DNA from: Ophelia neglecta
Lineage: Eukaryota
NCBI GenBank assembly: GCA_965285935.1
Contig: OZ260663.1
Location: 59,086,001-59,150,000, forward strand
Direction: 5' to 3'
Length of the DNA: 64,000 nt
Of this stretch, positions 28,471 to 41,565 are shown one piece after another. A program made the position numbers and the translations under genes. Numbering within the stretch: position 1 is the stretch's first letter; every line of letters starts with the position of its first letter. The notes beneath the pieces are model-generated. The model had not been told where the DNA came from, did not search any database, and was given only the letters and a program-made list of their open reading frames with translations.

Positions 28471-30144
28471 CAGCCCAAGTATTGAGAACACAGAATACAA
28501 TTTCAGATTGAAGGAAACATGGTCTTATAGTTTGTAGTTATAACACAATACTCCACACACAGTTGTATAAGCCTTTTGTCTGTGTATCACTGATGTCCAT
28601 TATGAGTAATGAATGTTTTTGAATATTCCTTGTTTAAGGAGTTAGCTTTCATAAATCAGTATCCCCACCTCAGACAATGGGGTAAAGAGCAGACCACATG
28701 TGGCGAGTCTCAGCAGCCTCCAACACCTTTCAGCCTACGTGTGCCATCTCATATGGCCCTAGATGTGATTTGAGTTTGGGAGGAAAAGCATTCTCTCTGA
28801 AGGAAGTGAAATCCAATTAATTTGGTTTGGGGCGCCACCTGGTCCTATGGTTATGTCACCCTCTTTTGTGGAATGGGAAGGTTTAGTTAATCATTCAATA
28901 TATCTTTCACTTCCTTCCATGATTACTGATTTTTCTGATTTCGATTTTTCTGAATTTTGTTATTTGGTGTTCTGATGAATAGATTTAATGATAGTGTTGC
29001 CATGAAGGTGGGTTAACCAGTTCATTGGCCAACCAACCCCAGTGTCATTTCTACTATGCTGCGATTTACCAAATAATGTGAAATGCTGTTGGCTTTAATT
29101 TGTAGCATATCGCCCCCAAGAGACCATCTCATTAAAGCGTGGGCCATGGAAATGGGTAGCCATCTAAAGTTGTATTGGTTAAAAGTGTCTGGCAGTTTGT
29201 GACAGGCACACAATGGCTGCCATGAATCACTAAGTTACACACAGCACACTTTGTCGAGTTAGAATCACATATCGGCAGCAATTGTCCATTTGTCACTTTT
29301 CATAAAGCCAAGATTATGATGTAGTAGCTTGATGCCTCGCCAAATTTCATCTTCATCGTCAGGGAAGAGCCAACGAGATTCATGGGCGGATGGCACAATT
29401 TGCTGGCAAAGCTTGTTTGCCGATCCAGTGTGTGTGAGAGGAATAGAGAGCACACTTGGTTGCTGTCCCAATAGAAGGTGTGGTAATATGGCATTATATA
29501 GGGACTATACAATGGGCTGGTCAAGCTAATTGTCATGCGCAACACACAAACACTAATTGACACTGAATACTGGCTGATGAAACTGAAGCTACAGCCTAGT
29601 TATTTCCAAGTCATGTCAATATAGTATCAAATTAAGTTAAAACATGCATAATTTTAAGACTGCCTGGAAACTTGTGTATAAAAAAGCAACTTAATAATAT
29701 GTTAATTTGTTCCATTGAATTTATGACACTGCCAGAGAGTTCACTGACAAATGTGTGACAGAGATTTTCTTTAGGCATGAATGTTTGTATTGGACACGCA
29801 GATTTTATATCTTCAGGTATTAACTATAAACGTGTTCCTAATGTGATTAAGCCCTACATCTGCTGTTTGGGTGCTGGTATTTTTTTTTAGCAAGACACTG
29901 CTGTATGGTCAATTCTTTTGCTTGAGCAAGAGGTCATTTTTGGTATTTGTTCTTTCTCACAGAACCCGTATAGCTCCATGTCTCAGGTATGGATTTATTT
30001 ATTCTCTTTTTGCATGACTCGTTGAGTTGGGATACTTCATGTATTGTCTTTGGCCTTCTGCAGAAGAGCAAGTTGTACTTTAAAATGTTGCCATTGCCAA
30101 TAGTGGTCATACATCATAAATATTTCCCTTATCTCCCTGGAGAA

Positions 30145-30736
30145 GATCTGTCCATTAGACTCTTTCTGACCCTCTGACTAGCAGGCTTGGGAACAGAGAA
30201 GTCTGTTAGTCTCTCTCTGACTGGATGGCTGGGGAACAGCGATGTCCATTAGACTCTGTCTGACCCTCAGACTGAATGACTGGGGAAAAACATGTCCATA
30301 AGAATCTGTCTGACTCCTGACTGGCAGGCTGGGGAATAGAGATGTCTGTTAGTCTCTCTCTGACCTGAGCCTCTGACTGAATGGCTGGGGAACAGTGATG
30401 TCAGTTAGTTTCCCTCTGACTGAATGGCTGGGGAACAGTGATGTCAGTTAGTCTCCCTCTGACCCTCTGACTGATTGGTTGGGGAACAGTGATGTCAGTT
30501 AGTCTCCCTCTGACCCTCTGACTGATTGGTTGGGGAACAGTGATGCCAGTTAGACCTGTTCTGACCCTCTGACTGGCAGGTTGGGGAACTCAGAAGTCTG
30601 TTGGTCCCTCTCTGACCCTCAAACCAATCAACTGAGAGTTTTCAGATCCTATCCTTCAACTGAGAGGAAAGGGAACAGAGATGTCCATTTGCTCTCTTGT
30701 AGCCTCTGACTGAGAGATTGGGGAACAGGGATGTCT
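30145..30736. repeat. ~51-bp minisatellite (CTCTGACTGATTGGTTGGGGAACAGTGATGTCAGTTAGTCTCCCTCTGACC), about 11 variable copies
   Basis: GGGGAACAG recurs at 30430, 30481 and 30532, and in degenerate flanking copies. Confidence 0.9.
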
Positions 30737-32293
30737 AACAAATAAACTTTTGATATAAATGCCTTTTCCTGGTCAAATATCCAGGATAATTTTTGTGTTC
30801 TCCATTCTCGTTTTCCTTACCACTGTGGTTTAAAGTAGAAACCATGATTGTGCAAACTGTATTAAGTCATTATCGCCATGCTCGGTAATACAGCAGCACA
30901 GTCATCCAAAACTAATGGACTTTAGCGCTACATGAATAACTGAAACTGGAAAAGTGCTTGCCGTAATGAATATTTCAAGATGTGTTCAGCTGCGTGCTGT
31001 CGGAGGAGGCTAGCCGCTGATTTCTTAGATCTGCTTCAGGTGACATGCTGCTCATAATTGCAATATATGTCCATGAAAATTTGATTGCTATGGTTATATT
31101 TTTGCTGTGAGATAAACATAATTGAAAGAGAAGTGCTTTTCTGGTGGAACATATAAATTTCTAGTGAGCATTTATTGTTGCCCCTAACATTTTGTAAAAG
31201 GGTGGATATGTGTAAATAGGGCTGTGTTGGCACCAATAACAATCTAATTACTCAGCAAGCCTTGACATAGTGAACCAAATGATGTATTCAGTCATGGAAA
31301 ATTTGTATTAAGTAGTATTCAAGACTATACAGCTACTAGATTTAAGACTATATGGTTACCTTAACATGTGAGTGCAATGCTGCAAAGAGTATTAACATCC
31401 GGTTGGATAAATAAACATAAATAGGAACTATGGAAAATGTGTTGGTATTTATGCATGATTCCTAAAAAAAATTACCCAGCTAGTATTGTCTAGGACAATG
31501 AATGGGATCCGATAGAAAATTTAACAGTTTGTTGTGAATCTGGTGGTTCTGACCTTGTCCTACATTTTCAAGCCAAAGTTGAAAAAAAAAACTAGTTTAA
31601 GCCTGTAGCTAAGGGAAACTTCATGCATTGCTTGTCTGCTGTTGTGAGTAATGGTTTTGATCTTGACCTGAAATGTCTAGATAAAGTCATTGGACATATT
31701 TATGGCTTTATTATAGCAGCTTGATCTTGGACAGCTCTTGGGAGCTCTTGAATGGGGGTGGGAGTATAAGTATGAATTTTTGCTGGGAATTATATATTTG
31801 GTCTGAAGGCTCCATTGCCATATTTTATCATAGATAGCATTCAGTTACATCCCATGCTCCTTTAACATCTGGGGGCAGGTTTTTCTAAATGCTTTGTTGA
31901 GACTGCCTCTATAATGTATTATATATGAAACTAATTGCAGTTCCTCAACTTGGCCAATGTTTATCGCTTATGGCATTACAGATGTTGGTTATTTCCTGGT
32001 TGGCTCTCTGCAGAAGTAGGTCATGGACAATGACATGTCTATAGGCGGTCTTACAGGGTATTGCCTTAGGAAGATGTATATTATGGTGCACATCATCTGC
32101 ACTCTGTAGGAAAACCCTGATAATCCTATAGATTTCTCAAACCTTGGTAGCTGCTTGCACATGTACTTGTATCCATCGGAGGCTTAACTTGTACTTTGTA
32201 ATATTGCCATGGCTGGTACAGACCTTGCCCAGACACACTTTATTAGTCATGTGTAGAGTGGTCTGATGGCCCATCCCCATTGTAATAAATATT

Positions 32294-32307
32294 GTTTCCA
32301 TGGTAAC
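32294..32307. promoter_or_regulatory. RFX X-box GTTTCCATGGTAAC (reverse complement GTTACCATGGAAAC)
   Basis: Canonical 14-bp X-box palindrome in the Ig1-Ig2 intron. Confidence 0.35.
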
Positions 32308-35300
32308 ACATTTACTGGCTGAGCACAGACCCTTTCTGACCTTTTCTACCTAAACATTTGTCAACCTGCAGAGACATGTTATATGGCTGGCTCATTCATT
32401 GGAATTTCTGTCTGAGTCCAGCCAAAAATGATTGCCAATCCCATTAAATAAGTCATAACCAAGTACAGTTTTATAGGAAACGGCAAAATGTTTTAGTGCT
32501 CTTTGCTAGATATTAAATCTGCCCTGGGTGAAAGGTGACAATTGCCACTGTGAATTTCATTCACATATGAAGACTGGGTGGGGTTCATGAGGCCTGCAAG
32601 GTTTAGTGTGGATGGCAGCAATGCCCCTGATCCCGTTGTGTACTCTGAACCTCATTAAGAGGGAACCTGCAGACACTGATGGATGTGAGAGACTTGTTTT
32701 CAATGTTTGTTTTGCATATATCTTAACCTTCTCATTGCTGGTGAAGAAGGTATAAAATTGTCTCTAAGGCAATAAAAAACCTTGACCTTCAATTGGAGCT
32801 TATTGCTTGATTAGAATTGGGAACAGCTATCTGTGTGCTGTGTGGAGTCTCTAGTTTTTTGCCTTTAGTTCCCAGATATTAATTAATACCAAAAAGGCTA
32901 GTAACTAGCATGAATAACTTTAGGCAGGTGTCACTCCTTAAATTTCAAATACTGCCTTGTTGCAATTGCCCAAATAAGTTTAATAAAATTCATGATAGCA
33001 CCATACAGATGTGTTTCAAATTTGTGTTCTTGTTTCATCCCAGTTTGATAGATAAAGCCTTGGCTCAGAACACTTTCTGGTCCCCTTTCCAATATTTTGA
33101 TGCCAGCATTAAATGGGAAGCTATTTCTCAACAGAATATTAAAATGGAGAGTGGAAGGATGATTAAAGCTAGCCTTCATTTGCTCATCAAGTTCTCCCGG
33201 ATTGGTGGCGGTCGCTGGGCTGCTCCTGGCCAGGATGTGTGAGAGTGGCTGGGTTTTAATGGATCCCGCCTGTGGGGAGCCTCTTAGCTTTTCCAGACTC
33301 CGGAGTGGGCCCTTCATTTACAAACATCAAGTGGACATCTGATTTATCCTGGAAATTTCACCCAGTGGGCATCCATTAAACTCTTCTAAATCACTAATTT
33401 CATAATAGTTCATTTTCTAGTAATTTGAGGTGGCAATCATGTTAAGAACCATTGTCAAAGCCTCAGGAGACAAGTGGTAATTGTACTCCATTTTGATAGG
33501 GTGATACATCCTGCTAAGTAGTTGCCTATCTCTAATGCTTTTATTAATTAAACCTTTTTGCCAGCATATTTGTATAACATATATTCTAATTACTGTCTAA
33601 ATACTTGTAGTTCATTCCAGTTTATATTGTAATTCATTTGGATTTTTGTTAAGAAATATCATGAAATAAATAACAGTTGTACATGTAATAATTATATTTA
33701 CAGTTTAAGATGAACAACATTATTATTTTTTCACCATCCATCGGAGTTTATTTGTGAGCAGATAGTAAATTTTTTATGGTTCTAATTTAAGGAGAAGAAT
33801 CACATGTATCTGATTCACATTCAGTCAACATTAAGTCACTGGAGCATGATTATTACCCAGGATTCAGATCACCACACATGGCTTGATCTGTCGTAATTGG
33901 CAATTCGTTTGCTTCCGATCTGAACCAAATTTCAACTCTATGATACGTGGCAAAACTGTGGATGTCCTGCTTCTACTTTTAGTTTGAAAAATATTTGTAG
34001 GCTACATTATTTCAAAGCGTGTGTGGAAATCACCTGTATCTATATATTAGCAGTAAGATTTATTTCCTCGTTTTATTTCAACATACAGGTAGCTACTTGT
34101 CCATTGTATCTTTTCCCATTGATATTTTGTTTGTTTATACATCTTTCTTTTGTTTAACTACTCAAATATCTTGATTTTGTAATCGACATATGCATTTGTG
34201 CCAAATTGAGCAATTGTCATCAAATGGCTGTCTTAATTCTATATCCTGTAATATTTGATGCATACTTTAAAAAAAGATAAGCAACAATTTCTTCAATTTC
34301 TTGTAATAATCAGCATTCTCATGGCCTACACTGCATGGGAAATATTTAGATTTTTTTTATTGATCTATTTTCCATGAATAGCTCAAGCTATATTGATCAA
34401 CCACGAAACTCTTAAACCTCCACAAAATCTCATTGAACAAAAACCTTCAGAGGAAAGTTGGCTTCAATAAAGTCATTCATAATCCATTTGGTGTTTTGCA
34501 TCTGACTCTTGAGGGCACCTGACCCGCAGTGAATGGCAATCTATTGGTGGGGTGCAGATTCTATGGGTTGGATATTGAAGCTCTAACCATTTTAGTCAAA
34601 TGTTTGTGCAATAAACCTTTTGATGTGAGGAAAGGTTGGTTGTGCTGCTAGGAGATTTTTTTTGATTGAGATGAATTGCAGGAGCTGGAGGTCAGCTATA
34701 TTCTTATATTTTCAAGCATTCTAATAATTATGTGTCAGACTGAGTGAAGAATCAGTTGACTGGCACCAGTGGGATTTTTACTTATTTGCAATTTAGTACT
34801 TTACAAGAATTATAAGCCCAACATGTATCAGAATATGGCCAAATGTGTCCCAACTTTTATTTTTTTCAAATGTATAGCCTACTTGTCACCAATGTCTACC
34901 TCTAAATTAAAGAGACCAGAGGACTGGAAGAGACCTGCTTTATTTCCTTAAGTCTAAAAACAAGAAAGTATGCTGATATTTGGTACACCTATAAGCCAGG
35001 ATGGGCAAGAGAATATTGCTTGCCTGCCTATTTTAGCCTTGAGTCGGACAGAGGGATGTAGACACATGAGTTCTCCTGGGATTTGACATTCTGCTCTCCC
35101 TGATCACAGACATATATCTCTCTCTCTACACTTCGTTCACTCAGTATTAGCTAAGTGCAAAAATTATCACTGTCAGACCATCTTTGTGTGATTGTGATCG
35201 ATTTGAGTCTTGAGAATGAAATTTATCCCACATGTCTTTAGATACAATTTCATAGTATGATTGCTTGAAATTTATCATATATGCTTTCAGCATATTATAT

Positions 35301-38300
35301 CAGCTCATAGTACTTAGACACAAAAAAGTATGCAATTTTTCTGTCGTGACAGCATATTTACACATCCTGCCAGACAGACACAAGGGCTGGCTTTTACTGG
35401 GGAATGAGAAATCCTGTTCTAAATCAGAACAACCTGGAGCAAGGCGGGCAGAGATTGTCCACTTTGGATGTGAGTGTGACTTCCAAATAGAGTTAGGTTA
35501 ATGCCGGCTACCACTCAGGGCTGCTCATTTGTTTTAAGTGAAGCAATTGCTGTTTGTAATTGGCATAAGACATTTGGCAAGGCCAAGGACAAGACCAAGG
35601 ACAATAATGTGATGATACAGCCAGGACAGGACAGTGTTGTGGTGAGAAATAAGAGACCCTGAGACCAGCAATAAGACTGTTAACTTTTAAGTCATACATC
35701 GAGGCTGAGGCTTGCCAGGGTCAGTAATTTACTACTGGGTTAAGTTAGAGGATAAGTGCTTGGCTAACACTGAACTACTGAGCGGAAATTGGTGTGACCA
35801 GGCCATGTCCTCTGGCTCCTTATCTCCCATAGCACTTGTGTGTATGAATGGCCCAGCCGAGAGGCATACACCTGTACAGAAAGAATCTCACTCCTTAATA
35901 TCAGTGAATACATGAAAATTTAAGTTTTTTTTTTTTTGAGAAAACAATTTTTTCCCTGAAATTATCGCACTGCCGTATCCTGCAACTAATATTTAGTTTT
36001 TACCTTGACCTAGTTAAGGATGTAGTCTATTCTTGGCTTTGGTTTAGGTGGGTTTTCTTCTGCTGTACCTTGCACATGTCATAAATCATGTCAAGACCTC
36101 ACTCTCTAGTTATTGCTTATGATTCAAAGGAATGTTTTCCCTCGTCTTTGCTGTTTGGTTGCTTGTAAATCAGAAAGATCCTAATATCATGTTTCACATC
36201 TTAATTCATCAATAGGAATGGCTGGTTGGAAGTGATCACAGTGATCAATAGCATTTCATTTGGAATTTGGCAGCAAATGGTGAACAACATCTTATTCATG
36301 CACACTTTAAGAACCCTATTGAGTTGTGAGTGCTCCCTGGGTGTGTGGTAGACATGTACTTAAGGCAATATTGAAGCTAGGACAAGGGTATATACATATG
36401 AGCCATCCATGTATACAAAGATGTGTGAGGAAGACAAATAGCTGAGCTCACACCTGCAGACCAGGCTCCTTCCACTATAAGATCACCAGTGAGTGCAGCT
36501 CTCCCTGCGCCTCATACGGGTACATCGCATCGGCAGACTCCTGGACATGGCCTACTTCACAGGCCAACTGTGAGCAGCAGGCCCAGCTTCCATTACCCTC
36601 TTGTTACCAATGCTTAAACGATGACTTCAACATTTATTGAACAACTGTACTCCCAGCCTAAGCAGCCCCAATATGAGATGCCCTAATATATATAGATATT
36701 GCCAAATGATGACATTTTATGCTGTGCTCAAGTTCACGTCAGCTATAAGCTAGTTTGACCAATCATTTTTCAACCTCTCCCGGTGAAAAACCATCGTTGT
36801 GAGTTTCCATTCATTGGAGAATTTCTATGTAACTCACAGTCAGGTTCTGTGGTTCAGATCATCCTGTCTGTGCAACACCATAAATTCTTTACAGACGACA
36901 TGAGAAAAACTAGTTTGTTGACTTCATTCTGAGAGAGCCGTCTGTTATTGGCTCATACAGTAGAGAACCTGTGGTGTTTTAGAAGCCAAAACACTGATTC
37001 TTTTCATTGTGAAGACTTGCTAGTTTTTGCAGTCTGTCAAACATTTGCTTTGCAAGGAACACTTTTAGGCTTTATGTGTAAATCTGAGTAAGGTACTGGT
37101 TAGGTATGAAGTTTTTGTCGCTGGAAAAATTAAATTATAGTTTACAGCCAGAAGTTTTTTCAAGTCCAGAAGTGAAGGGAAAAATTTAACATGCATATAC
37201 GCCGAGTAAAAGAGATGCTGGCACCTTTAATGTAAAAGGCAAAGTGACATATCAGTCTTTTGAGTTTTCATTTGTTTTACTCCCAATGGTTGTCAGATTT
37301 GGTAAACAATTTTATAGGACAATTAAATTGTATAATTATTTACCAATTTCACTGTCTTGAAACAGGGAAAACGTTGGGTATCAGCTTATACCTCATGAGT
37401 ACAACATACTTTACATAGCTGATTGACAAATCCTTTTTTTTTAAACGTTATTGTGCATGGACTAATTTTGGTTGAGTTTTGCCGGTCTAAGAGTATTTGT
37501 GATGTTCCCTAGATACCAAGGAGCACTTTATATATATAAGTAATGTAGGTCACTGACAGTCACTTCTGGCTGGTACTGAACTCTACAAGAACTGCTCTGT
37601 AAACGTACTTTTGTAATTATAGTAGCAATCACATTACAAGACAGGGATACTTAATGCCACTTTATGCTGTTTTTGTGTTCTGAGTCAATGCTAATGGAGT
37701 TTAGATGCTTGGCACTAGTGTTTGGAGTCCCAAATGGATCTCAAACAATCCCATTGGCACTTCTCGTGTTTAGGCCGGGTGCATACCAAACCCAATAAGG
37801 TGTCAGGAAATTCCAAAATGATGGTAACTGAAATGGTCGCCAAACAACTTTTCTTCGCCATTCCTCTTAATTTGCCTCTAAGTTGACTAGTAGGCACCCA
37901 TTTTTCATTTGAGCAAATCAGGTTTATATTTTATACCATCTTGAGCAATTCAATGATACGCTGGATAGATGAACTGCTACTTTAAGAGGACTAGCACTGA
38001 TTCCAATAAGTTTTAGAGTCTAATTTCCTAAACGACACTTTCACTCTGATGATCAAATAAGCTGTAGCAATAAGTATTGCAGATTTGAATAGAATGATTC
38101 CTTGCACGCGTGTGGCTGAGTAGGCCAAGGGTTGTCTGTGACAATGATCACATTGATGGTATATGAGATTTGATATTGTCTGATTAAGGATTCTCCCTGC
38201 TTTCAGCATCTTTTTCTCAAGGTTTTTACCAGACTCATCATCCATTTTCTGTGCATGACACAACCATCAGTCTCCATCTCCAGATGTGGCGAAATTTACC

Positions 38301-40696
38301 GATCTATTCTGCTCAACACTGTATTGTCACTGTGATGCAGGAGTCAGCAATGTGAATGGCTGTACATATAGAGAGCACTGAGAGCAGCTCCTGGCAAGAT
38401 CTCTCCTGATCAGTGACAGGGCTCAACACACAGGAAATGAAACTGGTGGCTGAGCCGATAGACAGTTGACAAGATTGCCAGGCTGTAGTGTGTGCCTTTT
38501 GCTGCCCTTGTGGGGTACAATAGATTTAGTGAAGGCCTGGAATGATCTGCTGAAGATAGCAGAAACCTCTAATGAGATGGAAGCCATCTATTGAACTCCC
38601 AGATAGCACATCTCTTGGGCCAAGCATTGTTCTGTCATATTGGAGTTATTTATGACCCAACTCCTAATTGTACAGCAACCTCTTGCTGTGTTATCATTCA
38701 AATAGTTTCCCCACAGCCCTAAACCAATGCAGATTTTTTTCCACCCCATTTCAAAATACACTAATTTTAATTTATGCCCATGTTTATAATATTTAATGAA
38801 GTGGTCCTTGGCTGATGTAACTGGTGTGTTATTTGGATAGAGGTCTGATATCACTGAAGCTGCCCTGGACCTTTGAGGTCTGTATGATTACTGTATGGAC
38901 ATGATATCTCAGAGGGGTGGAGATGGCATTGTCCTCCTGGGCTGTGCCTCTTGACCCCTTGTCTAGTCCACTTACTGAACTGGTAGTGGCAGGAACAATG
39001 TTTTGTCCTTTGACTGACCTTCGATTTCCATTAAATACGGAAGTCTCCATCTACCAACAATTATCACCCTATTGAGCAGTGGTTGTTGAGGTATTTGGGT
39101 AATAAAAAATACATAAGCTGATTGAAGGATGGATGCTTTTTGCTCCTGTCCCCACAACACAGGTCCTTGTTCCATTCCATTCTCCTCTTTTACCACCTCC
39201 CTAACCCAATTCATTACCACTTCCCTCACCTTCTTTCCCAGCCACCCTCTACCCCTTCCCTTACCCCTCTCCCCACTCCCCACCTCTTCCCACACCCCCT
39301 TCCCCACCCCCTCCCTCACACCCTTCTGATTGAGATGAAAGGTAAACCAGTCAGTACGTCTATTGCGTTAGTATTGATTCCCACCCGTCAGCTAACTCAA
39401 ATCAGCAACACTGACTTGCGCCTACCAATGCAATTTGTGCCCAGGAATGAATATGAATGCCAATTGGACAAGCAAGATAAATCAATTGGAGAAGTTCACG
39501 TAGGGCCCTGCATACGCAATGTAGGCCTGGCTTTGCCGTCTCAGTGGCCGCTTTCCTAGTCATTCTCATATCAGGCCTTTTTATCATGACAAATAAAGTT
39601 AGGGTAGTTAGTATAGGGACTTGCTCTGCATTGAGCAAAGCTCTTGTCTCAGGGAAAATTGTGTTAGGCATCCAATTTGGCCTGTATAATTCTCAATAAC
39701 TGATCAGGACAAATCAAAGCTTTTTACAAGTTTCTAGCCGCCTGGATGATGAAGTTATTTGGTGCTCTTTGGTGGTTGAGGTATTGGAATCAGGCCTCTG
39801 GAATCATATTTCCCTGACAATTGTACAAGATAATTGAAAATTGATTGATTGTACCATTTTGAATTATAGAGGTATTGTGATACTGCTGGTACCTGTGAGT
39901 CGAGCCTCTGAGCTATGAAGTTGAGCCTTTGGTCTGCAGTGCAGGGACCATTTTTCCAACTGAACAATATACTAGACTAATGTAAAGTGGCCAAGGTACT
40001 GAAAATATGGTAAATTTTCCCACCTTTTAATCCAAGACTTCAGGATGTTTGAAATATATTTCTCTTATATTTTATGCACATGTATAGGTGAAATTTCAAC
40101 TCAAAGAGTGTAATTCTACTTAACAAAGGATGTTTATGGGTGTAGGTGTTTTGGTCGGCAGTAGTGAGGTAAACTGAATGCCTCTCCTTTGCCAGACGAA
40201 GCTGTGATTAATCATTTTCTGGATCAGGTGTGCCGCCCAGTAATGGTGGTGAAGAAGGGGACACTTCGCTGCCTCAGGGAAGCTGTAGAGCTCTCCACCT
40301 GAGGAGGTTGTATTACAAAAATACCTATAATGCTCTATCAGCTCACCCACAAATTGTCACAGGGCTGATCAGACAAACCAACATCTTCTCTCAAACTAAA
40401 TGGAATATCCAGACAAGCTAAAGACAGTATTTTACTCACATTTGTCCACAAACATGTCTCATCTTTGAATGCAACTGGATTATCAAACAAATCAAGAGCA
40501 AAGTGGATACAAGTGTTAAAACTCCATGACATATGTTTGCAGTATTTAGCATGACCATTGAAATCATTTCATCAGCAGCTACCAACAACAATAGTATCCT
40601 TAATACACCTTACATACACCCCATGTTAATGTGTTAGTTTTATATTTGTGATATTTGTGGCCAGTAAGTATTAATGATTTTCCCTTTTTACTACAG

Positions 40697-40870
40697 TTCC
40701 TAGTGGATACCCAAGAATCACCGAAAGTCCTACGTTAAAAGCTGTGGAGAAGGATAGAAACACGGTGATGATCTGTGGTGCGAACGGAAACCCTGATCCT
40801 ACAATCATCTGGCTGAAAGACTTCATTCCAGTAGACCTTTCTGATCCCAGGCTTAAACTACTGGATACTG
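40697..40870 (+). CDS. Lar: LAR RPTP exon, Ig2 N-terminal half (VPSGYPRITESPTLKAVEKDRNTVMICGANGNPDPTIIWLKDFIPVDLSDPRLKLLDT)
   Basis: Resembles LAR Ig2 (PxGxPxI...PxLKxVE...GNPDPxIxWxKDFxPVD); ctacag| and ACTG|GTAATG; 174 nt, phase 1-1. Missed by the ORF track. Confidence 0.95.
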
Positions 40871-41454
40871 GTAATGTTAACTGCTAGTGTCAACCTCACC
40901 GAGAAAAATAAATCATCTCTCCCTCTAAATATGTTATGTCTAACACAATTGTAGATTCAGTTCTTTTAATGCTTCAAAAACAACTGATAAAATAATAAGA
41001 TTTTTTCTCTCCAAACTGTGTATAATTTGTTACTGTTAGGGTGTAATGTTTATCTACTATGTGGGTGGGTCTCCAGTACTGGTGGACAGATTGGGTCAGA
41101 TGAGGGTAGGCCTGTTCAAAAGATAATACATGTATAAAAGGAAATGATGGATATTCCAAAATTTGAGCATTGATTCAAAAACATTACAAAGCAGTTTGAT
41201 AGATAAGATCATAACAAATCTTCAGGTGTAATCAGATTTTCTTAATTTCTCTCCTCATTATTTGACTCCCCCCAGTATTGTGTTTTTACTCACTGATATC
41301 TACATTTTATTTTGTTAATTAAGACTGTTCTAATTAAACAAATTTCTTACTGCACTATGGAGTGTGTTTGAATAAGGGATTTTTTTCATATCAGTGTACA
41401 TTAATATTGATGTTTGTTGTTATTAGGTTAAGATACATCTAGTTTTTGTTACAG

Positions 41455-41565
41455 GAGCCCTTCAGATCCGACACAGCATGGAGTCTGATGAAGGAAAGTA
41501 TGAATGTGTTGCTGAGAACAGTGCTGGCGTCGCCTACTCGTACGGAGCCAACTTATATGTCCGAG
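41455..41565 (+). CDS. Lar: LAR RPTP exon, Ig2 C-terminal half ([37 protein letters not shown])
   Basis: Hallmark GALQI..SxESDxGKYECVAxNSAG..ANLYVR; ttgttacag| and CGAG|GTGGGT; 111 nt, phase 1-1. Confidence 0.96.

Noticed and set aside
40871-41454. meA-equivalent micro-exon inside Ig2
   Set aside because: Acceptor-like sites (about 40954, 41275, 41426) lack a credible in-frame donor or create a stop; none supportable.
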